This document shows positions 41,194 to 53,141 of a DNA stretch of 64,000 nt, one piece after another. The DNA is from Eledone cirrhosa. Its lineage: Eukaryota. The notes under the pieces are model-generated. The model was not told the origin of the DNA. It saw only the letters and a list, made by a program, of their open reading frames with translations, and ran no database searches. Both the position numbers and the translations under genes were made by a program. Positions within the stretch are counted from its first letter, which is position 1, and every line of letters starts with the position of its first letter. Location: contig OZ024741.1 in NCBI GenBank assembly GCA_964016885.1, forward strand, positions 261,082,001-261,146,000. Direction: 5' to 3'.

Positions 41194-44100
41194 GTGTTTC
41201 GACTTACGAGTGTTTTGACTTACGAATGTTTTGACTTACGGGTGTTTCGGCTTACGAGTGTTTCGACTTACGAGTGTTTCGGCTTACGAGTGTTTCGACT
41301 TACTAATGTTCTTACGAGTGTTTCGGCGTACGAGAGTTTTGACTTACGAGTGTTTCGACTTACGAGTGTTTCGACTTACGAGTGTTTTGACTTACGAATG
41401 TTTTGACTTACGGGTGTTTCGGCTTACGAGTGTTTCGACTTACGAGTCTTTCGGCTTACGAGTGTTTCGACTTACTAATGTTTTTACCTACGAGTGTTTC
41501 GGCGTACGAGTGTTTCGACTTACGAGTGTTTCGACTAACGGGTGTTTTGACTTACGGGTGTTTCGGCTTACGAGTGTTTTGACTTACGAGTGTTTTGACT
41601 TAAGGGTGTTTCGACTTACGAGTATTTTTGGCTTACGAGTGTTTCGACTTACGAGTGTTTTGACTTACGAGTGTTCTGATTTACGGATGTTTCGACATAC
41701 GAGTGTTTCGACTTACGAGTATTTCGGCTTATGAGTGTTTCGACTTACGACTGTTTCGACTTACGAGTGTTTCGGCTTACGAGTGTTTCGACTTACGAGT
41801 GTTTTGACTTACGGGTGTTTTGACATACGAGTGTTTCGATACGAGTGTTCTGACTTACGAGTGTTCTGACTTACGAGTGTTTTGACTCACGAGTGTTCCG
41901 ACTTACGAGTGTTCCGACTTACGAGTGTTTCGGCTTACGAGTGTTTCCGGCTTACGAGTGTTTCGACTTACGAGTGTTTTGACTTACGGTGTTTCGGCTT
42001 ACGAGTGATTCGACTTACGAGTGTTTCGACTTACGAATGTTTCGGCTTACGAGTGTTTCGGCTTACGAGTGTTCCGACTTAGGAGTGTTTCGGCTTACGA
42101 GTGTTTCCGGCTTACGAGTGTTTCGACTTACGAGTGTTTCGACTTTCGAGTGTTTTGACTTAAGGTGTTTCGGCTTACGAGTGATTCGACTTACGAGTGT
42201 TTTGACTTACGGGTGTTTCGACTTACGGGTGTTGTGAATTACCAGTGTTCCGATTTACGAGTGTTTTGACTTACGGTGTTTCGGCTTGCGAGTGTTTCGA
42301 CTTACGAGTGTTTCGGCTTATGAGTGTTTCGACTTACTAATGTTTTTACTTACGAGTGTCTCGGCGTTCGAGTGTTTTGACTTACGAGTGTTTCGACTTA
42401 CGAGTGTTTTGACTTACGAATGTTTTGACTTACGGGTGTTTCGGCTTACGGGTGTTTCGACTTACGAGTGTTTCGACTTACGAGCTTTCTGACTTACGAG
42501 TGTTCTGACTTACGAGTGTTCTGACTTACGAGTGTTCCGACTTACGAGTGTTTCGGTTTACGAGTGTTTCGACATACGAGTGTTTTGACTTACGGGTGTT
42601 TCGACTTACGGGTGTTTCGACTTACGAGTGATTCGACTTACGAGTGTTTTGACTTACGGGTGATTTGACTTACGGGTGTTGTGAATTACGAGTGTTCCGA
42701 TTTACGAGTGTTTTGACTTACGGTGTTTCGGCTTACGAGTGATTCGACTTACGAATGTTTTGACTTACGGGTGTTTCGGCTTGCGAGTGTTTCGACTTAC
42801 GAGTGTTTCGGCTTATGGGTGTTTCGACTTACTAATGTTTTTACTTACGACTGTTTCGGCGTACGAGTGTTTTGACTTACGAGTGTTTCGACTTACGAGT
42901 GTTTCGACTTACGAGTGTTTCGGCTTACGTGAGTTTCGATTTAAGAGTGTTCTGATTTACGAGTGTTCTGACTTGCGGGTGTTCTGATTTACGAGTGTTC
43001 CGACTTACGAGTATTTCGGCTTATTAGTGTTTCGACTTACGAGTGTTTCGGCTTACGAGTGTTTCGACTTATGGGTGTTTCGACTTACGAGTGTTTTTAC
43101 TTACGGTGTTTCGGCTTACGAGTGTTTCGACATACGAGTGTTTTGACTTACGGGTGTTTCAACTTACGAGTGTTTTGACTTACGAATGTTTTGACTTACG
43201 GGTGTTTCGGCTTACGAGTGTTTCGACTTACGAGTGTTTCGGCTTACGAGTGTTTCGACTTACTAATGTTCTTACGAGTGTTTCGGCGTACGAGAGTTTT
43301 GACTTACGAGTGTTTCGACTTACGAGTGATTCGACTTACGAGTGTTTTGACTTACGAATGTTTTGACTTACGGGTGTTTCGGCTTACGAGTGTTTCGACT
43401 TACGAGTCTTTCGGCTTACGAGTGTTTCGACTTACTAATGTTTTTACCTACGAGTGTTTCGGCGTACGAGTGTTTCGACTTACGAGTGTTTCGACTAACG
43501 GGTGTTTTGACTTACGGGTGTTTCGGCTTACGAGTGTTTTGACTTACGAGTGTTTTGACTTAAGGGTGTTTCGACTTACGAGTATTTTTGGCTTACGAGT
43601 GTTTCGACTTACGAGTGTTTTGACTTACGAGTGTTCTGATTTACGGATGTTTCGACATACGAGTGTTTCGACTTACGAGTATTTCGGCTTATGAGTGTTT
43701 CGACTTACGACTGTTTCGACTTACGAGTGTTTCGGCTTACGAGTGTTTCGACTTACGAGTGTTTTGACTTACGGGTGTTTTGACATACGAGTGTTTCGAT
43801 ACGAGTGTTCTGACTTACGAGTGTTCTGACTTACGAGTGTTTTGACTCACGAGTGTTCCGACTTACGAGTGTTCCGACTTACGAGTGTTTCGGCTTACGA
43901 GTGTTTCCGGCTTACGAGTGTTTCGACTTACGAGTGTTTTGACTTACGGTGTTTCGGCTTACGAGTGATTCGACTTACGAGTGTTTCGACTTACGAATGT
44001 TTCGGCTTACGAGTGTTTCGGCTTACGAGTGTTCCGACTTAGGAGTGTTTCGGCTTACGAGTGTTTCCGGCTTACGAGTGTTTCGACTTACGAGTGTTTC

Positions 44101-45870
44101 GACTTTCGAGTGTTTTGACTTAAGGTGTTTCGGCTTACGAGTGATTCGACTTACGAGTGTTTTGACTTACGGGTGTTTTGACTTACGGGTGTTGTGAATT
44201 ACCAGTGTTCCGATTTACGAGTGTTTTGACTTACGGTGTTTCGGCTTGCGAGTGTTTCGACTTACGAGTGTTTCGGCTTATGAGTGTTTCGACTTACTAA
44301 TGTTTTTACTTACGAGTGTTTCGGCGTTCGAGTGTTTTGACTTACGAGTGTTTCGACTTACGAGTGTTTTGACTTACGAATGTTTTGACTTACGGGTGTT
44401 TCGGCTTACGGGTGTTTCGACTTACGAGTGTTTCGACTTACGAGTGTTCTGACTTACGAGTGTTCTGACTTACGAGTGTTCTGACTTACGAATGTTCCGA
44501 CTTACGAGTGTTTCGGTTTACGAGTGTTTCGACATACGAGTGTTTTGACTTACGGGTGTTTCGACTTACGGGTGTTTCGACTTACGAGTGTTTCGGCTTA
44601 CGAGAGTTTCGACTTACTAATGTTTTTACTTACGAGTGTTTCGGTGTACGAATGTTTTGACTTAAGGATGTTTCGACTTACGAGTGTTTCGACTTACGAG
44701 TGTTTCGGCTTACGTGAGTTTCGACTTAAGAGTGTTCTGATTTACGAGTGTTCTGACTTGCGGGTGTTCTGATTTACGAGTGTTCCGACTTACGAGTGTT
44801 TCGGCTTATGAGTGTTTCGACTTACGAGTGTTTCGGCTTACGAGTGTTTCGACTTATGGGTGTTTCGACTTACGAGTGTTTTTACTTACGGTGTTTCGGC
44901 TTACGAGTGTTTCGACATACGAGTGTTTTGACTTACGGGTGTTTCGGCTTACGAGTGTTTCGGCTTACGAGTGTTTCCGGCTTACGAGTGTTTCGACTTA
45001 CGAGTGTTTTGACTTACGGTGTTTCGGCTTACGAGTGATTCGACTTACGAGTGTTTCGACTTACGAATGTTTCGGCTTACGAGTGTTTCGGCTTACGAGT
45101 GTTCCGACTTAGGAGTGTTTCGGCTTACGAGTGTTTCCGGCTTACGAGTGTTTCGACTTACGAGTGTTTCGACTTTCGAGTGTTTTGACTTAAGGTGTTT
45201 CGGCTTACGAGTGATTCGACTTACGAGTGTTTTGACTTACGGGTGTTTTGACTTACGGGTGTTGTGAATTACCAGTGTTCCGATTTACGAGTGTTTTGAC
45301 TTACGGTGTTTCGGCTTGCGAGTGTTTCGACTTACGAGTGTTTCGGCTTATGAGTGTTTCGACTTACTAATGTTTTTACTTACGAGTGTTTCGGCGTTCG
45401 AGTGTTTTGACTTACGAGTGTTTCGACTTACGAGTGTTTTGACTTACGAATGTTTTGACTTACGGGTGTTTCGGCTTACGGGTGTTTCGACTTACGAGTG
45501 TTTCGACTTACGAGTGTTCTGACTTACGAGTGTTCTGACTTACGAGTGTTCTGACTTACGAGTGTTCCGACTTACGAGTGTTTCGGTTTACGAGTGTTTC
45601 GACATACGAGTGTTTTGACTTACGGGTGTTTCGACTTACGGGTGTTTCGACTTACGAGTGTTTCGGCTTACGAGAGTTTCGACTTACTAATGTTTTTACT
45701 TACGAGTGTTTCGGTGTACGAATGTTTTGACTTAAGGATGTTTCGACTTACGAGTGTTTCGACTTACGAGTGTTTCGGCTTACGTGAGTTTCGACTTAAG
45801 AGTGTTCTGATTTACGAGTGTTCTGACTTGCGGGTGTTCTGATTTACGAGTGTTCCGACTTACGAGTGTT
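41194..45870 (+). repeat. Overlapping block duplications with offsets 1960 bp and 1070 bp (approximate bounds)
   Basis: Offset 1960: 41231/43191, 41882/43842, 42286/44246. Offset 1070: 43949/45019, 44246/45316, 44524/45594. Confidence 0.8.
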
Positions 45871-48800
45871 TCGGCTTACGAGTGTTTCGACTTATGGGTG
45901 TTTCGACTTACGAGTGTTTTTACTTACGGTGTTTCGGCTTACGAGTGTTTCGACATACGAGTGTTTTGACTTACGGGTGTTTCGGCTTACGAGTGTTTCG
46001 ACTTACGAGTGTTTCGGCTTACGAGTGTTTCGACTTACTAATGTTTTTACTTACGAGTGTTTCGGCGTACGAGAGTTTTGACTTACGAGTGTTTCGACTT
46101 ACGAGTGTTTTGACTTACGAATGTTTTGACTTACGGGTGTTTCGGCTTATGAGTGTTTCGACTTACGAGTCTTTCGGCTTACGAGTGTTTCGACTTACTA
46201 ATGTTTTTACTTACGAGTGTTTCGGCGTACGAGTGTTTCGACTTACGAGTGTTTCGACTTACGGGTGTTTTGACTTACGGGTGTTTCGGCTTACGAGTGT
46301 TTCGAATTACGAGTGTTTTGACTTAAGGGTGTTTCGACTTACGAGTATTTTTGGCTTACGAGTGTTTCGACTTACGAGTGTTTCGACTTACGAGTGTTTC
46401 GGCTTACGATCTTTCGACTTACGAGTGTTTCGATTTACGAGTGTTTCGACTTAAGGGTGTTTTGACATACGATTGTTTGGGCTTACGAATGTTTCGACTT
46501 ACGAGTGTTTCGACTTACGAGTGTTTTGACTTATGGTGTTTCGGCTTACGAGTGTTTTGACTTACGAGTGTTTTGACTTACGGGTGTTTTGACATACGAT
46601 TGTTTCGATACGAGTGTTCTGACTTACGAGTGTTCGGACTTACGAGTGGTCTAACTTACGGGTGTTCTGACTTACGAGTGTTCCGACTTACGAGTGTTTC
46701 GACTTACGAATGTTTTGGCTTACGAGTGTTTCGGCTTACGAGTGTTTCGGCTTATGAGTGTTTCGACTTACGAGTGTTTTGACTTATGGTGTTTCGGCTT
46801 ACGAGTGTTTCGACATACGAGTGTTTTGACTTACGAGTGTTCTGACTTACGAGTGTTCTGACTTACGAGTGTTCTGACTTACGGGTGTTCTGACTTACGT
46901 GTGTTCCGACTTACGAGTGTTTCGGTTATGGGTGTTTCGACTTACGAGTGTTTCGACTTACGAATGTTTTGACTTACGAGTGTTTCGGCTTACGAATGTT
47001 TCGACTTACGAATGTTTTGGCTTACGAGTGTTTCGGCTTACGGGTGTTTCGACTTACGAATGTTTTGACTTACGAGTGTTTTGACTTACGGTGTTTCGGC
47101 TTACGATTTATTCAACATACGAGTGTTTCGACTTACGGGTGTTTCGACTTACGGGTGTTTCGACTTACGAGTGTTTCGACTTATGAGTGTTTCGACTTAC
47201 GAGTGTTCTGACTTACGAGTGTTCTGACTTACGAGTGTTCCGACTTACGAGTGTTTCGGTTTACGAGTGATTCGACATACGAGTGTTTTGACTTACGGGT
47301 GTTTCGACTTACGGGTGTTTCGACTTACGAATGTTTCGGCTTACGAGTGTTTCGACTTACTAATGTTTTTACTTACGAGTGTTTCGGTGTACGAGTGTTT
47401 CGACTTAAGGATGTTTCGACTTACGAGTGTTTCGACTTACGTGTGTTTCGGCTTACGTGAGTTTCGACTTAAGAGTGTTCTGATTTACGAGTGTTCTGAC
47501 TTGCGGGTGTTCTGATTTACGAGTGTTCCGACTTACGAGTGTTTCGGCTTATGAGTGTTTCGACTTACGAGTGTTTCGGTTTACGAGTGTTTCGACTTAT
47601 GGGTGTTTCGACTTACGAGTGTTTTTACTTATGGTGTTTCGGCTTACGAGTGTTTCGACATACGAGTGTTCAGACTTACGAGTGTTCCGACTTACGAGTG
47701 TTTCGACTTACGAGTGTTACGAGTGTTCTGACTTATGAGTGTTCTGACTTACAGTGTTCTGACTTACGAGTGTTCTGACTTACGAGTGTTCTGACTTACG
47801 AGTGTTCTGACTTACGAGTGTTCCGACTTACGAGTGTTTCGGCTTACGAGTGTTTCGACTTACGAGTGTTCTGACTTACGAGTGTTCCGACTTACGAGCG
47901 TTCCGACTTACGAGTGTTTCTGCTTACGAGTGTTTCGACTTACGAGTGTTAAGACTTACGGGTGTTTTGACATACGAGTGTTTCGATACGAGTGTTTCGA
48001 CTTACGAGTGTTCTGACTTACGAGTGTTTCGACTTACGAGTGTTCTGACCTACAAGTGTTCTGACTTACGAGTGTTTCGACTTACGATTGTTTTTTTCAC
48101 TTACGGGTGTTTCGACTTACGCGTGTTTCGATTTACGAGTGTTTAGACTTACGAGTGTTTCGACTACGAATGTTCCGACTTACGAGTGTTTCGACTTACG
48201 AGTGTTTCGACTTACGGGTGTTCCGACTTACGAGTGTTTCGGCTTACGATTATTTCGACTTACGAGTGTTTCGGTTTACGAGTGTTTCGACTTACGGGTG
48301 TTTTGGCTTACGATTGTTTGGGCTTACGAATGTTTCGACTTACGAGTGTTTTGACTTATGGTGTTTCGGCTTACGAGTGTTTTGACTTACGAGTGTTTTG
48401 ACTTACGGGTGTTTTGACATACGAGTGTTTCGATACGAGTGTTCTGACTTACGAGTGTTCTGACTTACGAGTGGTCTGACTTACGGGTGTTCTGACTTAC
48501 GAGTGTTCCGACTTACGAGTGTTTCAGCTTATGAGTGTTTCGACTTACGAGTGCTTCGGATTACGAGTGTTTCGACTTACGAGTGTTTCGGCTTACGAGT
48601 GTTTCGACTTACGAATGTTTTGGCTTACGAGTGTTTCGGCTTACGAGTGTTTCGGCTTATGAGTGTTTCGACTTACGAGTGTTTTGACTTATGGTGTTTC
48701 GGCTTACGAGTGTTTCGACATACGAGTGTTTTGACTTACGGGTGTTTCGACTTACGGGTGTTTCGACGTAAGAGTGTTTCGACTTACGAGCGCTTCGACT

Positions 48801-49231
48801 TACGAGTGTTTCGACTTACGAGTGTTTCGGCGTACGAGTGTTTTGACTTACGAGTGTTTCGACTTACGAGTGCTTTGACTTACGAATGTTTTGAATTACT
48901 TCGACTTACGAGTGATCTGACTTACGAGTGTTCCTACTTACGAGTGTTCTGACTTACGAGTGTTCTGACTTACGAGTGTTCTGACTTACGAGTGTTCCGA
49001 CTTACGAGTGTTTCGACTTACGAGTGTTTTGACTTACGAATGTTCTGACTTACGGGTGTTTCGTCTTACGAGTGTTTCGACTTACGAGTGTTTTAACTTA
49101 CGGGTGTTTCGACTTACGCGTGTTTCGACTTACGAGTGTTTCGACTTACGAGTGTTTCGACTTACGAATGTTCCGACTTACGAGTGTTTCTACTTACGAG
49201 TGTTTCGGCTTACGAGTGTTTCGACTTACGA

Positions 49232-49300
49232 AAATAACAAATAGACGCGGTTTCAAATATCTATGCTTTTCAAATTCATTACATTAATCTTTATTTATAC
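49232..49300. repeat. 69-bp spacer, copy 8 (haplotype B)
   Basis: CAAATATCTATGCTTTTC replaces CAAATCTCTATGATTTTC (two substitutions). Confidence 0.95.
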
Positions 49301-50220
49301 GTTTCGCTTTACGAGTGTTTCGACGTACGAGTGTTTCGACTTACGAGTGTTTTAACTTACGGTTGTTTCGACTTACGCGTTTTTAGACTACGAATGTTCC
49401 GACTTACGAGTGTTTCGATTTACGAGTGTTTCGACTTACGAGTGCTTTGACTTTCGAATGTTTTGACTTACTTCGACTTACGAGTGATCTGACTTACGAG
49501 TGTTCCTACTTACGAGTGTTTCGACTTACGAGTGTTTCGACTTGCGAGTGTTTCGACTTACGAGTGTTTCGGCTTACGAGTGTTTCGGTGTTTCGGCTTA
49601 CCTGTGTTTCGACTTACGAGTGTTTCGACTTACGAGTGTTTCGGCTTATGAGTGTTTCGACTTACGAGTGCTTCGGCTTACGAGTGTTTCGACTTACGAG
49701 TATTTCGGCTTACGAGTGTTTCCACGTACGAATGTTTTGGCTTACGAGTGTTTCGGCTTATGAGTGTTTCGACTTACGAGTGTTTCGACTTACGAGTGTT
49801 TCGGCTTACGAGTGTTTCGACTTACGAGTGTTTCGGCTTACGAGTGTTTTAGTGTTTCGGCTTACGTGTGTTTCGACTTACGAGTGTTTCGACTTACGAC
49901 TGTTTCGGCTTACGAGTGTTTCGGCTTACGAGTGTTTCGGCTTACGAGTGTTTCGGCTTATATATAAACGTTTCTATTTCCAACGTTTTATCGTAAACGT
50001 TTATATATTTCCATCGTTATATCATAACGTTTATATTTCCGTCACTAATCTCTTTTTCTCCTTTTCCGTTTTAATATATATTTATTTCAAAGATTTCACC
50101 GTATAGATAACATATATATTTATACATGCATAAAAGACACACCGAGAGACGGTGAAAATGTGGTGCCAAAAACATTTCTCATCCAAATCTCAACAATATC
50201 AGTATATACACTAGATTTGC

Positions 50221-50255
50221 TAGCAGAAAACCGCCCACCGGGTGGTTTTCTGCTA
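50221..50255. repeat. 35-bp inverted repeat / hairpin
   Basis: TAGCAGAAAACC-G-CCC-ACC-GGG-T-GGTTTTCTGCTA: 12 perfect pairs, one G-T pair, three C-G pairs and a 3-nt loop. Confidence 0.95.
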
Positions 50256-50271
50256 TTCTATATATATAAAA

Positions 50272-50743
50272 CTGAGGATGTCTGTCTGTGTGTGAGTTTG
50301 AATCCCTAAAACTCGAGAACCACCCAACCGACTGTTTTCAAACTTTACACATGTAATAATTATGTTTCAGGGAGTGTTCTGAGCAAAGAATATTTCAAAT
50401 TTTCAATGCCGTAGGGACCACATTAGGCGATTTAGCGATCTCTCTCTATAATTCTTAGTCTTTCTCTTTTTAGATAGAATTTTCAATGTCGTAGGGACCA
50501 CATTAGGCGATTTAGCGATCTCTCTCTATAATTCTTAGTCTTTCTCTTTTTAGATAGATACATACATATGACGTCGTGCCCTTATAATATCTGTCTGTAT
50601 GTCTGGCTGTCTGCATTACGTCACTTCCCTGAGGATGTCTGTGTGTGTGTGTGTCTGTGAGTTTGAATCCCTAAAATGCGAGAAGTACCCAACCGATTTT
50701 TTTCAAACTTTACATGTGTATTACTTATGTTTCAGGGAGTGTT
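50272..50743 (+). repeat. Diverged ~110-bp direct repeat pair (50272-50378 and 50629-50743; also 53016-53122 and 53373-53487)
   Basis: Both run CTGAGGATGTCTGT...GTGAGTTTGAATCCCTAAAA...ACCCAACCGA...TTTTCAAACTTTACA...TTATGTTTCAGGGAGTGTT, with several substitutions and different TG-tract lengths. Confidence 0.92.
50398..50557 (+). repeat. 80-bp tandem duplication (2 copies) inside island 1
   Basis: AATTTTCAATGYCGTAGGGACCACATTAGGCG...TTTTTAGATAG at 50398-50477 and 50478-50557; one mismatch (C50409/T50489). Confidence 0.95.
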
Positions 50744-50775
50744 TGTTATGCACATAACATTCAACCTTTTGATCT

Positions 50776-52704
50776 GGTGTTTTGACTTACGAGTGTTTCG
50801 ATACGAGTGTTTCGACTTACGAGTGTTCTGACTTACGAGTGTTCTGACTTACGAGCGTTCTGACTTACGAGTGTTCCGACTTACGTGTGTTTCGGCTTAC
50901 GAGTGTTTCGACTTACGAGTGTTCTGACTTACGAGTGTTTCGATTTACGAGCGTTCCGACTTACGAGTGTTTCGGCTTACGAGTGTTCCGACTTACGAGT
51001 GTTTCGACTTACGAGTGTTTCGGCTTACGAGTGTTTCGACTTACGAGTGTTCTGACTTACGCGTGTTCCGACTTACGAGCGTTCCGACTTACGAGTGTTT
51101 CGACTTACGAGTGTTAAGACTTACGGGTGTTTTGACATACGAGTGTTTCGATGCGAGTGTTTCGACTTACGAGTGTTACGAGTGTTCTGACTTACGAGTG
51201 TTTCGACTTACGAGTGTTTTGACTTACGGGTGTTTCGACTTACGAGTGTTTCGACTTACGAGTGTTTCGAGTTACGAGTGTTTCGACTTACGAGTGTTTT
51301 GACTTACGGGTGTTTCGAGTTACGAGTGTTTCGACTTACGAGTGTTTTAACTTACGGGTGTTTCGACTTACACGTGTTTCGACTTGCGAGTGTTTCGACT
51401 TACGAGTATTTCGACTTACGAGTGTTTCGACTTACGAGTGTTCTGACTTACGGGTGTTCCGACTTACGAGTGTTTCGGCTTACGAGTGTTTCGACTTACG
51501 GGTGTTTCGACGTAAGAGTGTTTCGACTTACGAGCGCTTCGACTTACGAGTGTTTCGACTTACGAGTGTTTCGGCGTACGAGTGTTTTGACTTACGAGTG
51601 TTTCGACTTACGAGTGCTTTGACTTACGAATGTTTTGAATTACTTCGACTTACGAGTGATCTGACTTACGAGTGTTCCTACTTACGAGTGTTCTGACTTA
51701 CGAGTGTTCTGACTTACGAGTGTTCTGACTTACGAGTGTTCCGACTTACGAGTGTTTCGACTTACGAGTGTTTTGACTTACGAATGTTCTGACTTACGGG
51801 TGTTTCGTCTTACGAGTGTTTCGACTTACGAGTGTTTTAACTTACGGGTGTTTCGACTTACGCGTGTTTCGACTTACGAGTGTTTCGACTTACGAGTGTT
51901 TCGACTTACGAATGTTCCGACTTACGAGTGTTTCTACTTACGAGTGTTTCGGCTTACGAGTGTTTCGACTTACGAAAATAACAAATAGACGCGGTTTCAA
52001 ATATCTATGCTTTTCAAATTCATTACATTAATCTTTATTTATACGTTTCGCTTTACGAGTGTTTCGACGTACGAGTGTTTCGACTTACGAGTGTTTTAAC
52101 TTACGGTTGTTTCGACTTACGCGTTTTTAGACTACGAATGTTCCGACTTACGAGTGTTTCGATTTACGAGTGTTTCGACTTACGAGTGCTTTGACTTTCG
52201 AATGTTTTGACTTACTTCGACTTACGAGTGATCTGACTTACGAGTGTTCCTACTTACGAGTGTTTCGACTTACGAGTGTTTCGACTTGCGAGTGTTTCGA
52301 CTTACGAGTGTTTCGGCTTACGAGTGTTTCGGTGTTTCGGCTTACCTGTGTTTCGACTTACGAGTGTTTCGACTTACGAGTGTTTCGGCTTATGAGTGTT
52401 TCGACTTACGAGTGCTTCGGCTTACGAGTGTTTCGACTTACGAGTATTTCGGCTTACGAGTGTTTCCACGTACGAATGTTTTGGCTTACGAGTGTTTCGG
52501 CTTATGAGTGTTTCGACTTACGAGTGTTTCGACTTACGAGTGTTTCGGCTTACGAGTGTTTCGACTTACGAGTGTTTCGGCTTACGAGTGTTTTAGTGTT
52601 TCGGCTTACGTGTGTTTCGACTTACGAGTGTTTCGACTTACGACTGTTTCGGCTTACGAGTGTTTCGGCTTACGAGTGTTTCGGCTTACGAGTGTTTCGG
52701 CTTA
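50776..52704 (+). repeat. 16-bp satellite segment between the two 815-bp islands
   Basis: Same monomer and orientation; contains one spacer at 51976. Confidence 0.98.
51976..52044. repeat. 69-bp spacer, copy 9 (haplotype B)
   Basis: Same as copy 8; offset 2744. Confidence 0.95.
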
Positions 52705-52964
52705 TATATAAACGTTTCTATTTCCAACGTTTTATCGTAAACGTTTATATATTTCCATCGTTATATCATAACGTTTATATTTCCGTCACTAATCTCTTTT
52801 TCTCCTTTTCCGTTTTAATATATATTTATTTCAAAGATTTCACCGTATAGATAACATATATATTTATACATGCATAAAAGACACACCGAGAGACGGTGAA
52901 AATGTGGTGCCAAAAACATTTCTCATCCAAATCTCAACAATATCAGTATATACACTAGATTTGC

Positions 52965-52999
52965 TAGCAGAAAACCGCCCACCGGGTGGTTTTCTGCTA
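52965..52999. repeat. 35-bp inverted repeat / hairpin, copy 2
   Basis: Identical to 50221-50255. Confidence 0.95.
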
Positions 53000-53141
53000 T
53001 TCTATATATATAAAACTGAGGATGTCTGTCTGTGTGTGAGTTTGAATCCCTAAAACTCGAGAACCACCCAACCGACTGTTTTCAAACTTTACACATGTAA
53101 TAATTATGTTTCAGGGAGTGTTCTGAGCAAAGAATATTTCA

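Larger units (their letters stand above)
1..49960 (+). repeat. 16-bp satellite DNA array, consensus GACTTACGAGTGTTTC (main left segment; runs off the window start)
   Basis: Monomer read directly throughout. Common variants: TTTC/TTTT/TTCT/TTCC at the monomer end, GAC/GGC, ACGAG/ACGGG/ATGAG/ACGAA, and 14-, 15- and 17-bp indel units. The only interruptions I saw are eight ~69-bp spacers. Confidence 0.99.
49961..50775. other. 815-bp AT-rich non-satellite island, copy 1
   Basis: Satellite stops at ...GGCTTA|TATATAAACG and resumes at GATCT|GGTGTTTTGAC. The ORF track shows no ORF of its own here, only satellite read-through into the first ~145 bp. Confidence 0.97.
50210..50775 (+). mobile_element. 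Probable truncated non-autonomous Helitron/Helentron (DINE-1/Lep1-like) fragment, copy 1
   Basis: Seen: ACTAG at 50210, hairpin 50221-50255, TCTATATATATAAAA at 50257-50271, TGTC/TG microsatellite, core CTCGAGAACCACCCAACCGACTGTTTTCAAACTTTACAC, then internal tandem repeats. This order matches the known architecture of invertebrate non-autonomous rolling-circle elements (recalled, not searched). No Rep/helicase coding sequence. Confidence 0.65.

Noticed and set aside
49426-50106. 226-aa ORF (copy at 52170-52850) with a hydrophobic C-terminal tail
   Set aside because: Satellite read-through into T-rich island sequence; the F/I/Y-rich tail reflects base composition.
50094-50157. 9-bp inverted repeat TTTCACCGT / ACGGTGAAA with inner CACCG-AGAGA-CGGTG hairpin
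   Set aside because: Real but short, with no target-site duplication or other support for a MITE or RNA structure; could be chance.
50221-50260. Hairpin as a bacterial rho-independent terminator
   Set aside because: No upstream gene, the T run lies within the stem, and the satellite and microsatellite context is eukaryotic.
50259-50271. TATATATAAAA as a TATA-box promoter
   Set aside because: No downstream gene; better explained as a Helitron-type terminal motif or a TA microsatellite.
50398-50557. 80-bp period equals 5 x 16
   Set aside because: No sequence similarity to the monomer; treated as numerical coincidence.
50272-50743. ~110-bp direct repeats as LTRs of a TRIM element
   Set aside because: No TG...CA termini, primer-binding site, polypurine tract or target-site duplication identified.
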